A DNA stretch of 56,553 nucleotides, the filler included, from Circinaria calcarea (taxonomy: Eukaryota): the NCBI GenBank assembly GCA_051942165.1. It is 3 parts of 3 records of this genome, joined end to end, with 100 filler letters (N's around TTAATTAATTAA, not from the genome) between each part and the next. Parts side by side here need not be neighbours in the genome. Positions count along the whole stretch, not along the records: positions 1 to 18,786 come from JAVECS010000224.1; positions 18,887 to 37,670 come from JAVECS010000225.1; 1 more part is not named here. One strand, 5' to 3'. Below, piece by piece: positions 13,530 through 25,511 of the stretch (position 1 is the stretch's first letter; each line of letters opens with the position of its first letter). Below the pieces are notes generated by a model. It worked only from the letters and a program-made list of their open reading frames with translations. It searched no databases and had not been told where the DNA came from. Position numbers and translations under genes: made by a program.

Positions 13530-14325
13530 AACTCTCACGCCAATCATCTGCTCGTGGGTCATGACATGTCTTCCAACGCAGGAAAAGCGCCGCTTGTGCA
13601 ACTCGCTATGCATCACCCCTGATACAAATTCAGTACAATGCAATGAGTATCCACCATCATGCGACTTGCTCGCTGGAGCTTAAGCATGATTTTCTCGCCA
13701 AAGCAAGCCCTCATAGTCGCAGTCGGCGTACTTATTAGTCAGTACCTTCACCAAATGGAGTGTCCATGGAGTCCATCGTCACTTCCTTCGGTTGAAAAAT
13801 AATGGCTTTTGTGTGGATGAACGGTGTGGCAGCAACTCTCGCAATAGGAGCTATCTAGGCTTCCTGAGTATGTCGAGGTCCGGCAATTGACGAGAGGCTT
13901 ACGATCGCTGTCCCAACTTCTTATCTTTCGACCATTGGCATATAAGATAGCAACATAGGCGTACACATTTGTCATCGGTTCCATCTGCCAGCGCCCAAGC
14001 TCTCCGCTCATATCCTCTCGTCCTGCGGGTCCACTGCTGCCGACACTCTTGGCCAAATATCTATTCGCCCAGAGTTCCCCATGCAAGCAATAGATCTCCT
14101 TATGTGACATGGTACAGGGTACGTCTCCGTACATCATGGTCACCCTGATGGGACGGAGACTCACCAAAAATCTGCAAAAGCCGCGCAATCTGCAGCGGCG
14201 AGGAACACTGCAGCCAACGAGAGTAGCACCTTGACGAGCGAATAATGTAGCTGCTGTCATCCCAACCCTTCGCCAATGCAGTCAATACCGGCAATAGCAT
14301 AACAGCCAGTAAGATCGTGGGTTGA
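13530..14325 (-). pseudogene. Decayed short-chain dehydrogenase/reductase (3-oxoacyl-ACP-reductase-like)
   Basis: Colinear SDR fragments in shifting frames with stops: HDLTG..IAGIDCIGEG, TAATLFARQGATLVGC, SVGSSGPAGREDMS, AIVSLSSIAGPRH, MDTP/LVKVLTNKYADCDYEG, GDA*RVAQAALFL. Boundaries approximate. Confidence 0.75.
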
Positions 14326-14464
14326 TAGGTTGGCAATACTAACTCCAGTTTGTACGCTGTGATTGCAGATACAGAGTCGAAGCTGGGTAATCGAATGGGA
14401 GCAATTCCGCGTCATCAGCTGCCGGAGAAGAATCTACATGTAGATTTTCTGGTATTTGTGGACT

Positions 14465-16060
14465 CTATGGGTCAATAAGCATTCCTAGCATTCCCTGGGT
14501 TTGCCAAGCTTGTTGAGCTCTGTCGACCTCTCGACGAACTTGATCATGCAATCGGCGTGTCAAGCTGTCAATTTCTTGAGATTGACCCATTTGTGCGGCG
14601 TACAGATCCAGAATGAGTACCCCGATGTCAACGCACACAGTGACATATCGAGGATCGGTGATGTGTTTACATGTCCATTTGAAAATGGGTTGCAGGGATA
14701 CTTCGTCCCTACCTGCTAGGGCCGTCCTCATAGCTGATCGATGGCGTAATGCTGTCAATAATGTCATGGTCCTAGGCAAGTTGTTGTCCCCAAGAACGCA
14801 ATCGAGAGCGTCAGCGTACTTGCCTTTCCGGAGCATGTCCTCCCAAGGCTTCGGTTTCGCTGACGGTCTTCGTTTATTGCCCTCGATGATGACATCTGTA
14901 CCCTCACCTGTAAAATCGCGTCCTCGTAAGCGCCTCTTCAGTCCACTTGGCGTTTTCTTTGCACGTTTCCTATCCAGTTCTTCGATACGTCCATCGATTA
15001 GCGCTTGCATCTCTTTTTGCCTTTCCCTTTCCTTGACCCTTTGCTGACCAGATAACCGTGTCTTGATTGACAGTAGGCCTGACTGCATTCCCACGGCAAG
15101 ATGTCTATCTTCACGTCCCGAGCCAGAGCTGATGATACTCAAGCTGAGAATTGGAGACGGGTACTTCGATCCGGATACAACGTTCCAGCCTGTGGTTTCA
15201 AAAATCTTCACATGGCCATCCAAACCGCCACTTACCAATCTCGTATCATTGGAGGCAAGACATAATGATGTAACAGTCTTTTGGTGGTTCTGTAGCACCT
15301 GTAGGGGGCGCCCAGCAACGATATCGAGAACTGAAATCTTGTTATCTGCCGCAGCCAGTATTGTAGTTCCTGCAGGCATTGGCAACACAGATTCGATAGG
15401 AGCAGCATGTTTGAAAGTTATAACAGCTTTGGATGGTACCCGTGGATCCCAGACTCGGACTGTTTGATCATAGCTTCCAGAAACTACTAAGCCAGCAGCC
15501 TGGCCAGGCATAAATGTTCCACTTCTAACGTAGTCCTGGTGACCCACGAACGTCGCAGTGCTTTCTTGACTTGGTAGATCCCACATCCTAACTGTCTTGT
15601 CATCACTTGCACTCATCAACGTCGTTGACTCGAACGGTGAGAACCTCGTGGTCCAGACGGGCTGTTTGTGCTCCTTCCATGATTTCAGAATCGCTCGGGA
15701 GCCGACATCGAAAACTTGGATAGAACCGGACTCGTCGCCCGCAACCATAATCCGACCATCCCGGCGAATTTCGGCACCATGTGCAATGTCATCGAATCGA
15801 GAAATGGATTTGACCAGTTTTCGAGATCGAACGGAGAACAGCTGGACACATGTGCCTGCCGTCACGACGAAGAGATCTGACGGTTGCGAAAAGCCATTTG
15901 AAGGGCCGCAAGGAAAAGAAATGTGCGTGATTGGATTGTTCGAGGGTGAAGGAAGTAGCAGTTGAGACTTGAATGTCCGCCAGTACCTTTGCTCCGGCGT
16001 CAGAGAAGATGGCCCTGGAGGTAGTTTCACAGGCTGCAACGAAGTAACTGGGGCTGCCAT
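14465..16060 (-). CDS. UTP15: U3 snoRNA-associated protein 15 (WD40 repeats + UTP15 C-terminal domain)
   Basis: Intronless 531-aa ORF; EQRYWRTFK N-terminus, WD40 repeats (SASDDKTVRMWD, GHQDYVRSG, SGSYDQTVRVWD), C-terminal LRHRSAMRTALAGRDE. Confidence 0.93.
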   Translation of the reverse strand: MAAPVTSLQPVKLPPGPSSLTPEQRYWRTFKSQLLLPSPSNNPITHISFPCGPSNGFSQPSDLFVVTAGTCVQLFSVRSRKLVKSISRFDDIAHGAEIRRDGRIMVAGDESGSIQVFDVGSRAILKSWKEHKQPVWTTRFSPFESTTLMSASDDKTVRMWDLPSQESTATFVGHQDYVRSGTFMPGQAAGLVVSGSYDQTVRVWDPRVPSKAVITFKHAAPIESVLPMPAGTTILAAADNKISVLDIVAGRPLQVLQNHQKTVTSLCLASNDTRLVSGGLDGHVKIFETTGWNVVSGSKYPSPILSLSIISSGSGREDRHLAVGMQSGLLSIKTRLSGQQRVKERERQKEMQALIDGRIEELDRKRAKKTPSGLKRRLRGRDFTGEGTDVIIEGNKRRPSAKPKPWEDMLRKGKYADALDCVLGDNNLPRTMTLLTALRHRSAMRTALAGRDEVSLQPIFKWTCKHITDPRYVTVCVDIGVLILDLYAAQMGQSQEIDSLTRRLHDQVRREVDRAQQAWQTQGMLGMLIDP

Positions 16061-16262
16061 GTTGGTTTATCTCCCTGTATTTTCTAGTAGAGAGATTGAA
16101 AGATATCCACCTCGAGAAAAACATGACTCGCTTATCGCATTTATTTTCAGCCTTATCAGATAGACATTTCTTGGATTCGGCAGCAGCTCCGAGGGTTCTC
16201 AACGTAACTTCGTCTTGTATGAAAGGCAAGATTGCTACACAGGATGTTGTATCATCTACTCT

Positions 16263-16550
16263 ATGGCACGTGAACTCATTACGCTCCATCTCGAGCGGCT
16301 ACTCGAATCGAGGGTGTTTCCGAAGACTATTTGCCCATCCGAAGTGCCTCGAGCATTCCCGATATCGGAATTAGAAGATATAGGCGTGTCGGATTGGCGG
16401 GATTTGATGCCCCAAGTTCGGAGTGTACTGTGGGAGATGCGTTCTCGAGGGGAAGTGGAAATACTGCAGAAAGGTGTACCCTTGCCCCGCACAACGGATT
16501 TAGATCAGGTGACGGGACCCATAAGAGCTAGGAGGAAGACTCATGGATGA
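16263..16550 (+). CDS. Small DUF3253-like (winged-helix-like) protein, ~95 aa
   Basis: PKTICPSEVPRA...WRDLMPQVR...GEVEILQKG...GPIRAR matches the DUF3253 pattern; ATG at 16263 (the ORF track starts at an upstream TTG). Confidence 0.75.
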   Translation: MARELITLHLERLLESRVFPKTICPSEVPRAFPISELEDIGVSDWRDLMPQVRSVLWEMRSRGEVEILQKGVPLPRTTDLDQVTGPIRARRKTHG

Positions 16551-16768
16551 TCATGACGCTTCTCACGACATACCTACACTTTCATCTTCTTGGTGGACTT
16601 GAGGCTTGCGCGAAGCCGTATGGTACTCGCGTAAATCTTTCATTCTCTAGGCAACTATCGTTTCAGCCGAAGCCATTAGGCTTCCTCTCGACCACTGCTC
16701 TTCGGGTCCGTAACTTGTCGGGACTTTCTGAATCTGTCCACGAAACGAGGAGACGCAGATACATAGCA

Positions 16769-17575
16769 ATGTCTTCGTCAACCGTGGAACTCGTGCGCCT
16801 TTTATCACGTCCAGGACCGCCAGTCACCGTTCAAAAAGTGGATTTTAAGAATACAGATCTACCAGAAAACGCAAATCTTTACGCCGTCATTCTTGACAAT
16901 GTACTCACTGCCAAAGAATGCCAGCACCTAGTGGCTGCTGCCGAGGCCTCTACTAACAGTGTTTGGGAGCAAGCAATGGTCAGCATGGGCAACTACCAGC
17001 AAGAGTTGCGTACCGATGTGAGGGACTGTGGTCGAATTATTTGGGACAACGAAGAAGTGGCGGGAATGATTTGGCAAAGAGTCGAGAGCTTCGTACCAGA
17101 AATCAAATCTTTGAAGGACGTACCCATAATCACAGGCAAAGGCCCTATGAAGCGCAAGGAGACCTGGCGGTTATCTAGACTGAACGAACGACTGAGACTT
17201 TTGAAGTATGGTCCAGGACAATATTTCCGAGGTGGGAAGCCCACTACCCTACCTACCTGGATAGATACCTGACTTCGATCAGTTCATTGTGATGGTACTT
17301 ACCAAACACCAGACAAATCAGAGATGTCCTTCTTTACTCTTCACTTGTACCTTAACGAATCCAATCCTTGTGATCCTAATGGCGAATTGAAAGGAGGGTC
17401 GACGACTTTTCACTCGGGGGACATGAGGAGAGAATACAAGGTGGAGCCAAGGATTGGAAGAGTCTTGATATTCCAACATAGGTTCCTCTTACATTCCGGG
17501 GAAGAGGTTATCACGGGTACAAAGCTAACGCTACGAACGGACCTAATGTATAAGAAGGCTGGCATAGGCTCTTGA
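16769..17575 (+). CDS. 2OG-Fe(II) oxygenase (prolyl-4-hydroxylase-alpha-like), 2 exons
   Basis: A 51-nt intron 17232-17282 joins LNERLRLLKYGPGQYFR to VHCDGTY (HxD); distal His in LLHSGEEV and K..LRTD 2OG-binding end; LDNVLTAKEC N-terminal motif. Confidence 0.85.
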
Positions 17576-18376
17576 AGGTTTTGGATGCGAAGTAAGATGG
17601 AAAGGGAAAGACCGACATATGTGCGTCATAGGATGATTAGCTAAGCACAAAAATCATGTACCGGCAATCAAGTTAGGAAACCTTTTAAGATAAAAGGTTT
17701 GCCAATAATGAAAGCCTGGTACGGTTATTTGCGGGAATGAATACGGTCTGCCACTATTTGCTAGAGGTCGAGTTCTTCGATATATAATTCTTTGGTTACG
17801 TATATATGATTGTTGGATATCGATCTCAAAAAGTACCTTTGCTATATAGGCCTCGAGACAAGCCGTCATGGTCATACAATTTCCAGAACATACAATGAGC
17901 ACATATGAGATCTGGAGACAACCCGTGGCAAATAATGAGTCTACCGTGATAGAATTGCTAATATCTTAGTGGTAGAAATATGCATCAATGCCCGCCTTGT
18001 CATATATGAATATGACCCTTATAGCAGATCCATTTCTCTATCCTCTTGCGGTTATCCCTTCACCTTAGCGAGGTATTTCTAACTACTAAATAGGTAAACA
18101 CTAACAGCCGTTGAATGCTTATTCACTCCCCACCTTCACATCTCTTCATTTATGTTATATAGATCACGCACTTGCACTTATTACTACTCTCCATCATCTC
18201 CAATTTCTCTCGACAGTAACCAAATTCTTCAATTTGCAACAAGACCATTATTTTAATCATTCGATCTTCAGGGTAACTATCAGTTGTACAGCTCTTCTTT
18301 CATTATCTATTTACACATCAGCCTCTGTACTGTTACTCTTGTTGTATATTAGATCGCCATCTCCAACTGCCACGAT

Positions 18377-18786
18377 ATGTCGACTGATTCAAGGATGCCT
18401 CCAGAAACCCTGCTCCAAATCATGGGATATCTGACACCGTCGGAGCTATTCAACCTTCGCAGGGTTTCACGTGGCCTTGCAACGTTCACCGACTTCCACT
18501 GCGACTACCTCGTGCTATGCATGGCGAAGTGTCAATTCTCTTTGGAACATGACATCTTGGAAGATAAGGACCGCCATAGGAGGAGAATGGTACTCTCCAA
18601 ACAGCATGTACCAGACCGTGTTCTCAAGCTTGCGGTTGCCGCGATGATGGGTGATAATACCGACCTGTATCCAGGCAACATGTTGCCCGTCCTCCTGAAC
18701 GTTCAAAACCGGCAGACAAGGGTGCACCATCTGTGGCCACCGAATGGCATAGAAATGGACCGTCACTTTCATGATCATCACGACGG
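18377..18786 (+). CDS. F-box domain protein, 3'-truncated by assembly gap
   Basis: MPPETLLQIMGYLTPSELFNLRRVSR is a typical F-box; the ORF runs into Ns at 18787. Confidence 0.65.
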
Positions 18787-18886
18787 NNNNNNNNNNNNNN
18801 NNNNNNNNNNNNNNNNNNNNNNNNNNNNNNTTAATTAATTAANNNNNNNNNNNNNNNNNNNNNNNNNNNNNNNNNNNNNNNNNNNN
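18787..18886. other. Artificial contig linker (44 N + TTAATTAATTAA + 44 N)
   Basis: Exactly 100 bp with a six-frame stop palindrome; identical design at 37671-37770. Confidence 0.97.
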
Positions 18887-18893
18887 TAAAATT

Positions 18894-21800
18894 TTACTTG
18901 GCCATGACATCAACATAACCCCTTCCCTTCTTTCCCTTCTTAATTGTACCGCCCTTCCTTGGCGCCGGCACTCCCAGTAAATCATCAATGCTTGCGCCAC
19001 CACTACCCGCAACCCCATTCCCCGTACTTGGTCTTGATGGAGGCGCAGAAGGGGACGCCGAAGGTGGTCGAGAAGGTGGACCGGAAGCACCGGGTAATGG
19101 TGGTGAGAGTGTCAATCTCGGCTCCCCTGAAGGTGTAGTAGGTGAGAGCGTAGAGCCAAGACTAGGTGATGCGTCTCGCGAAGGTACAGCAGAGCCTGGA
19201 GGTTGAGGTGGGGAGAAGCCCCCCGTCCCCGCGATACTACCGAGGCTGGCTGGGGTTCCTCCAGCTACACTTACCGCTCTCGAGGGTGGCCCTTTTGGTG
19301 GAGGAGGCGTCGAAGTTGGCGTTGCGGCATTGGAGGCACCGTCTTTTGGGTTAACCCATTTCTTCAGAATCGGATCGTACTTGAAAGAACTTGCTTCACC
19401 AAGGTTTGCTCTAACAGCACGTGGCTGTGAAGACGAGGATGATTTGGAGGAGAGATCTTTGCTTTTGCCACCACCGAGCCAGCCACCGAACCAGGAAGAC
19501 TTAGCAGTGGGTGCGCCAGGACGAGTGTCTTTTTGGGCTATTGGGAATTAAGTGTCAACAGTCTAAACTCCTCATTTTCCTTCTAGGGGTTTTCTTGGGC
19601 ATAACTTACCATCTGCCTCTGCAGCCTTCCGGAAAGCCTCATCAGCTTCTCGATCGTTTCGAGCCTTTTCAGCTTTGAGAACAGCAGCTGCCCTGGCGGC
19701 AAAGCTATCTTCATCGTCATCGTCCATGAAGGACTTTTTCTTAGATTTTGTTTCGACGGGTGAAAGATCGTCACTTTGGGTATCGGGATTGTAGCTAGGG
19801 GGATTATACGAGCTGGTGCTGGGAGGCTCATATCCATATGAGGTTGTGGGAGTATCGAGGGCGGCTGATGGTGGGTCATATGAAGTGGCTTGCGATTGAC
19901 TAAATGTAGGAGAGGGTTCGTATGAACGAGGATACTCATTGTAAGAAGCGGAAGTTGGCTGACTCAAAGCGGGTAAGGGTTCATAACCTGCAGAACGTGG
20001 CAAATTAGAAGTGAGAGGGGGTTCCTGGCCTGCAGAACGTGACTCATAAGAATCGGAAGGAGTTTGGTAGATATTCGAAGAAGATTCATCAGACAGTGTT
20101 GACGGGTCGTTGCTGATGTCTGATGTAGAGTTGTTGGGTGGAATGAGATTCTGAGAGTATTGCGATGAGGGTGAGCGTGGATATCCATGTGAGATTTGCT
20201 GATGCTGAGGTTCGGCAGATTTTCGAACATGGTCTTCGGACTTATAATACGACCCTTCTGGAGGTGTTGGCGAGTACCTTTGGGATTTTGGGGGAATGTT
20301 GGCTGAGGCTGGTCTCGGGACTTGCTGAAATGTGTTAAGCGGTTGTTTCCTGTACAGATCCGGGGAGCGAGTTGGTAAAGAAGAGTAGGATGGCTGTTTC
20401 TGGAGGTTGGCCCGTTTAAAGGATTCAACCTGGGCAGGTTTCTGCGAATCTTGACCGAGGTAACTCGGTTGCTCCAGCGATGAACGTGGAGTGTAGACTC
20501 CAGCGGGAGCGTAGGGCGAGCTTGCAGCTGGAAAGGTAAGGGGGCCTGGCGCATATACGCCGCCATTGACGTACGGTCCGTATGATTCGTTGGGCGAAGA
20601 CTCCCGACTGATTGCTGGCGTATCACCCGAAACCCTACTGAATGGTCCAGCCTCGGAGCCTAAGACTTTACCAGAACCCGTCGAAGAGGCGTCACTGGCG
20701 TCCCCAGTGACGAATTGGTAGAAACGACTTCCAAGAGATCCTGAAACTTTGTCCATACTAGCACTCGTGATCCATGAAGCCGATCCATCCCTTGGCACTT
20801 GTTTCAGTCGAGCACTGAGGTCCTCCACTGCCTCAAAAAGTAGACTATGGTAGTAAGGCGACAGTTTAGTTGTAGCTTTAAGGGCACCCTGGATAGCGTC
20901 ACAATACTGTTGGGCTTGCTCGCGGTAGCCGTGTTCGGCCAATACCATCGCATGGTGAAGCTTATGTGCCTGCAAATGCGGCATTGATGTTAAATTTGCC
21001 GAGGGGGGCAAAGCTGTCAGTGCAAACTCGTAGATCTCTGTCAAGAGTACACTGTTAAGATCCCGGCTGTAATCAAACGGTTGGTGTAGGTGATCAGCAC
21101 CCAGGAGCACGATGCTGGCTTGTGCATCATTCGGTCCACCAAGCAATGCCGTAGATTTGGCAAAGATGTAACAGACGTGTGCTGCTTCAATCCTCTCATA
21201 CCTGGCCAAGAGTTGGCCAAGTGCAATTAAGGCCTTCTCATCATCAGGAGTTCGATTACTCAAGATAAGACTTAATGTTTCTCGCCATTTGTCAAGCCCA
21301 TCTAGCGCATTCTTTGTTGGCCCAGGGCCTGCATTCTTACTGACCATCTGCAAGCCCGCTCGAGCAGATGGAGGTACGAGTTCGTCAATGCTATCCTCCC
21401 AGTTTCCTGCGAAAATATCGTAGAGAGCTGCAATAGACTCTGTGTTCTCACCAAACGTCTTCACTTCGTGGCGTACGAACTCTTGGATGACCTTCTTCCA
21501 AATGTCACTTGATAGCGTAGATGAGATAAGCATAGCGTGACCCCAAAGACGTTGGTCAACAGCATGCCACACAGCCTTTTCACGCTCCCCGTGGAGTAGA
21601 TGCTTTCGTAGACCTTCTAGGGCTTCAGGATCTTCAATGCTGGACGTGTTTTTCGATGCATTAGATCTTGAAATTCTCCTAAGATGCAAATTTGACTCAT
21701 ACGACAGTTGACCGGAGCTTTCACCAGAAACTACTTCCGGGGATAAGATGTTTCTAACAGCCTTCTCTGCTGCAGCATTCCCATCGATGGAATTATCGTA

Positions 21801-24800
21801 CTCAACCAAGGTTTGGAGAACTTTCCACATTAGGGTTTTTTCCTCATGACGCTTCCGCGAATCTTCAAGTGCTTGATTAGGAGAAATAGGTATGTACTCT
21901 TGACTGAGCTGCTCTATGCCTTTACTAAGCCATTCCAACACGTCTTTCTTTTTACTTTTGGATTTCAGAGGACCCGGGAAAGAGGCCACCCGTTCGTCCA
22001 ACGGCAATAGCTTGTCGTTACGTATCCTGACTTCACCAGGACTGCACTTGGTTAATGGTACTTTCTGTCCTGCAGCGAAGCGAGGAACCTGCTTGGGAAA
22101 ACTCGTCACGATGTTGCCGCCGAAGCCGAAAAAGAAGATAGGGCAACCTTTCCATCGCTCTAACGGATCTTGTTCACGTCCATCTGAAGGAATTAGATAA
22201 TTTATCCGTGGTAACGGGTTCCGCTCTGGCCGGACAGCAGAACCGGAAGTTATCTGGTGCCGTATGAGGTAAGGGATTGGGTTCACCGACGAGGTATGAT
22301 GATTGATAGAGGCCCGTCTTGGAGACTCTGACAAGTCTCGGTTACCGTGATGTGTGTCCGGAATTGCGGTACTAGTCTGAGACCTTCCCGGGGCTCCAAA
22401 GTTGTGGTTATCGGGCGACAAGATCTGTGATTGTTCAAGAGGGTGATGGTACTGCAAGGTGCGTGGTGGAGCGTCGTTCTCTCCTAGAACAATTCCTGCG
22501 CTCTGTGCTGAAATTAGTGGAGGATTTAAGTTGTTAAAATCATTGATGTTTGTAGGCAAAGGCCTTTCAGTATGAAAAGATCTCAAAGACGGCCGTCTTG
22601 ATTCAGTAGGAAAACTCTGAGGAGGACCAGTGCCCGTCTTTTGAGAACCCAATGTGTGCTGTTGTAACGCTGATGTACTCCTTGCTAAAGGGCTTGAGGT
22701 ACGAGGCTGGAAAGGTAAGATCTGAGTTACTGATGGCGGACGTGCCGGGCCTGTGGGTGCTGTATCGTAGCGATTGCGAATGAGAGGTACATTTGGTTGA
22801 CTAGGAGGGATGGGAGAGTATCTTGAGTTTACTGCTGGCACACTTTGGGTTGTCGGACTGGGTGCAGCAGGATGAGAGTATGGCGAAATACGTTCGGGAG
22901 GAAGAAGCTGATGAGCCAGGGACGAGGCAGTTTCTGGTGGTGGAGGTGCGTAAGTAGATTGAGGAAAATGTCCACGCTGAGGAAGGATTTGTGGCGGAGG
23001 CGGCATAGTCGGGGGAGACTGAGATACAGAGCGCCCAAGGCTACTAGTAGATCGAGGCTTAATGGTAAGCGGCAATTCTTCGAAAAAGGTCCCTGATTGA
23101 GGTTTTGTCGACGCCGAAGAAGTTAACGTGTTTAACGGAGGTGCAGTAGGACTGAATGCTGAAGGTGACAAGCTTGACCTTGGAGTATTGGCGGGAGGTG
23201 GTAGGTAGTTCACTGATCCGATTGGAGACAAGACAGTAGATGACATACTGCTGCCCCGAGGTGGTGGTGGAGGTATATTTGCAAGAATATGGTTAGTATT
23301 TTGCAACTGTTGAAGATTCGTTCGTTTCTTTGGGCGAGACGTAACATCCATGGGTAGGTCATAGGGCGAAGTATAGCCTCCTTTGGATTTGTCAACAAAA
23401 CTCTCCCTTTTTTCTGGCATACCTGGCCGTTGCATCAACCCTGAAGTCGTATATGATGATTTCTGTGCTGCTCCATTGAAACCTACTGACGATTGGAAGG
23501 TATTTGTAAGGGCACCGCCCCCCTGTGCATATGGTGACTGTTGCCCATATGATGCATACTGCATAGGACTGCTTACAGGTGGGGCAATATTTTGCTCCTG
23601 AGGCTGATAGAAATGCCCTTGCAGAGCATTTTTATCAGGAACAGGACGGTAGCCTGTACTGCTGAAAACTTCGGAACTTTGCATCTTGCCTCTTGACCGA
23701 AAGCTTGGCTGTGAAGGGGGTAAAGAAGGTTGCTGTGGGATGAATTGGTCCGTCTGAGCTTGACCATCGTCAGCAAGGAATTCATCTCCACTCTCGTCAA
23801 AGAATGTGGTCGAATCCACAATTGGCTCATCTTCAAGGAATTCGTCGTCAGCTAGAGCAGCCTGCCACATGGCAGCTAAATCTTGGTCTTCAGTACTGGA
23901 TGCCCCTAGTTGTTGCTCAGGGACAATGCCAGTTTCGTCTTTCATTTCATCTACCAACGCTTGCGATGCAACAGTATTAGTCGACGCTGCAGTGTTACCG
24001 TTTGGCAAATCTCCCAAAGTAGAGCCTGTATCCGAATTTTTTGGCGTGTCATGTGTTTCGTTGTGAGGGGGATATCGCATAGATTCTAGTACTTGAGTTG
24101 TCGTCTTCCGATCCAAAGGTTGCGGTCTGAAATATGAACCCTCAGGTGAAAATTCGGAATTGTCGTTGACAAGGAGATCATTATCAGACATGCCTAATTG
24201 TTCAAGTGGATCATGCACAACACCTTCTTTAAATCGCGAACGATCAGATGCTAACATACTGCTGTCACTCAGATCGTGATGAACCAGAGGCAATCCCTCC
24301 TCATACCTGGCTTCCTCATCCGCTGGTGTAGATATATCATGGCCACCTATGCTATCCACGCTGGCAAAGAAACTGTCCTCATTCCCAGTAGTACTTATGC
24401 CGAAGGGGTCAGGATCTTGTATACCGCCTTGCATATTTGGGCCAAGATCCCAAGAACCGGCTTCCTGAAGTTCATCCAGGGCATCCCCAAATTGTGATTG
24501 GGCAAAAGGGGGTACAGGACATAAGTTCTCAACCTTGTGCAACGGAGGTACTTCTGGAAACGAAGTGGTGCGACTCAAGATCGAGAAAGGATCCTCAAGT
24601 TTCTCATCCGAGGAAGCCATTAGAGAGTTTTCAGTTGTAACGATTATAGTCTCGGCTACCTTTCTCATGTCCTTGTCTACCTCTCGAGACTTATGACTTG
24701 CGCTGACAGAGGCCTCCGGTGGTGTATCGATGCCCAAGCCCAAGAGTTCCTTTGATTCGCCATCTTCCATTGTATTTGCTTTTGCAGGTGATGCCTGAGA

Positions 24801-25046
24801 TAAGTTTTCGTGAGATGACTGGGTCTGTGGCGCAAGGGTTTCGAGATCGAGTGGTGTAGCTGGCGCAACTGTGGGAGAAACAGATCCTCTGCGATGGCTT
24901 TTTCCAGCTTCGATATCTGATGTTGTATCATTCCGGCGCGTCTGCTCGTCGAGTTCCATGGTAGTAGTGTCCGTATCCGGTCTTCGAGCAGGGTGCCATG
25001 AACCAAGTCCCATGTTATTAGAGAGCCCTGATAGCGTATCCTCCAT
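18894..25046 (-). CDS. SEC16: COPII coat assembly scaffold Sec16
   Basis: SWHPARRP N-terminus, SFVDKSKGGYTSPYDLP, central conserved domain (DPLERWKGCPIFFFGFGG, FPGPLKSKSKKKD, LWGHAMLIS, WRETLSLIL). Intron 19609-19538 leads to C-terminal SWFGGW..ANLGEASSFKYDPILKKWVN..IDDLLG..RGYVDVMAK*. Start may be 25046 or 25208. Confidence 0.93.
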
Positions 25047-25511
25047 ATTCTCTATTAGGACAGATAGTGCTCCTACTGTACAAGGTATCAGCAATCTCGT
25101 AAGCCTATAGTCATGTAGATCACCCTCCAGTCCTTGTCTTGAGACTGGAAGAGATGGGGGCGAGGAAGTAACTCGCACCTTTACCACCCGGATCGCTGTT
25201 GAGATCATTAGAGCTTCAGCATGCTACCGACGAATCCTCCACGCCATCGCGATGCAACACTAAACAATAAACTCCCCGCAATTGTAAGTCTGAATGATTT
25301 CGAAAGAACGAGTATGATATTGCATGTGGTTCCTCGATTCGACATCGGTGTCATCTTGCCGGCTAAAGCTCGGACTTTTATTCACGCCGAGGACACCTAA
25401 ATCGGAGACAGGACCGGACAATGACAACCTCTCTCACGGCACAACGAACGATGTCTGTCTCTGACCACGCCGTTCGACCAAGTTGCAAGTACCACTTCCC
25501 TCGGCGAAGTC

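Noticed and set aside
13371..13643. Class II aldolase-like HSELHKRR ORF
   Set aside because: An alternative frame of the SDR pseudogene C-terminus (GDA*RVAQAALFL) explains it better.
16547..16768. N-terminal extension of the oxygenase overlapping the DUF3253 stop (operon-like ATGA)
   Set aside because: Eukaryotic locus; recognisable sequence starts at ATG 16769 and the extension is probably a chance open frame.
18831..18842. TTAATTAATTAA palindrome (also 37715-37726) as a TE end or regulatory site
   Set aside because: Centred in symmetric N runs; synthetic linker.
4150..25046. COPII gene cluster (SFB3 + SEC16)
   Set aside because: Separated by an artificial join and several unrelated genes.
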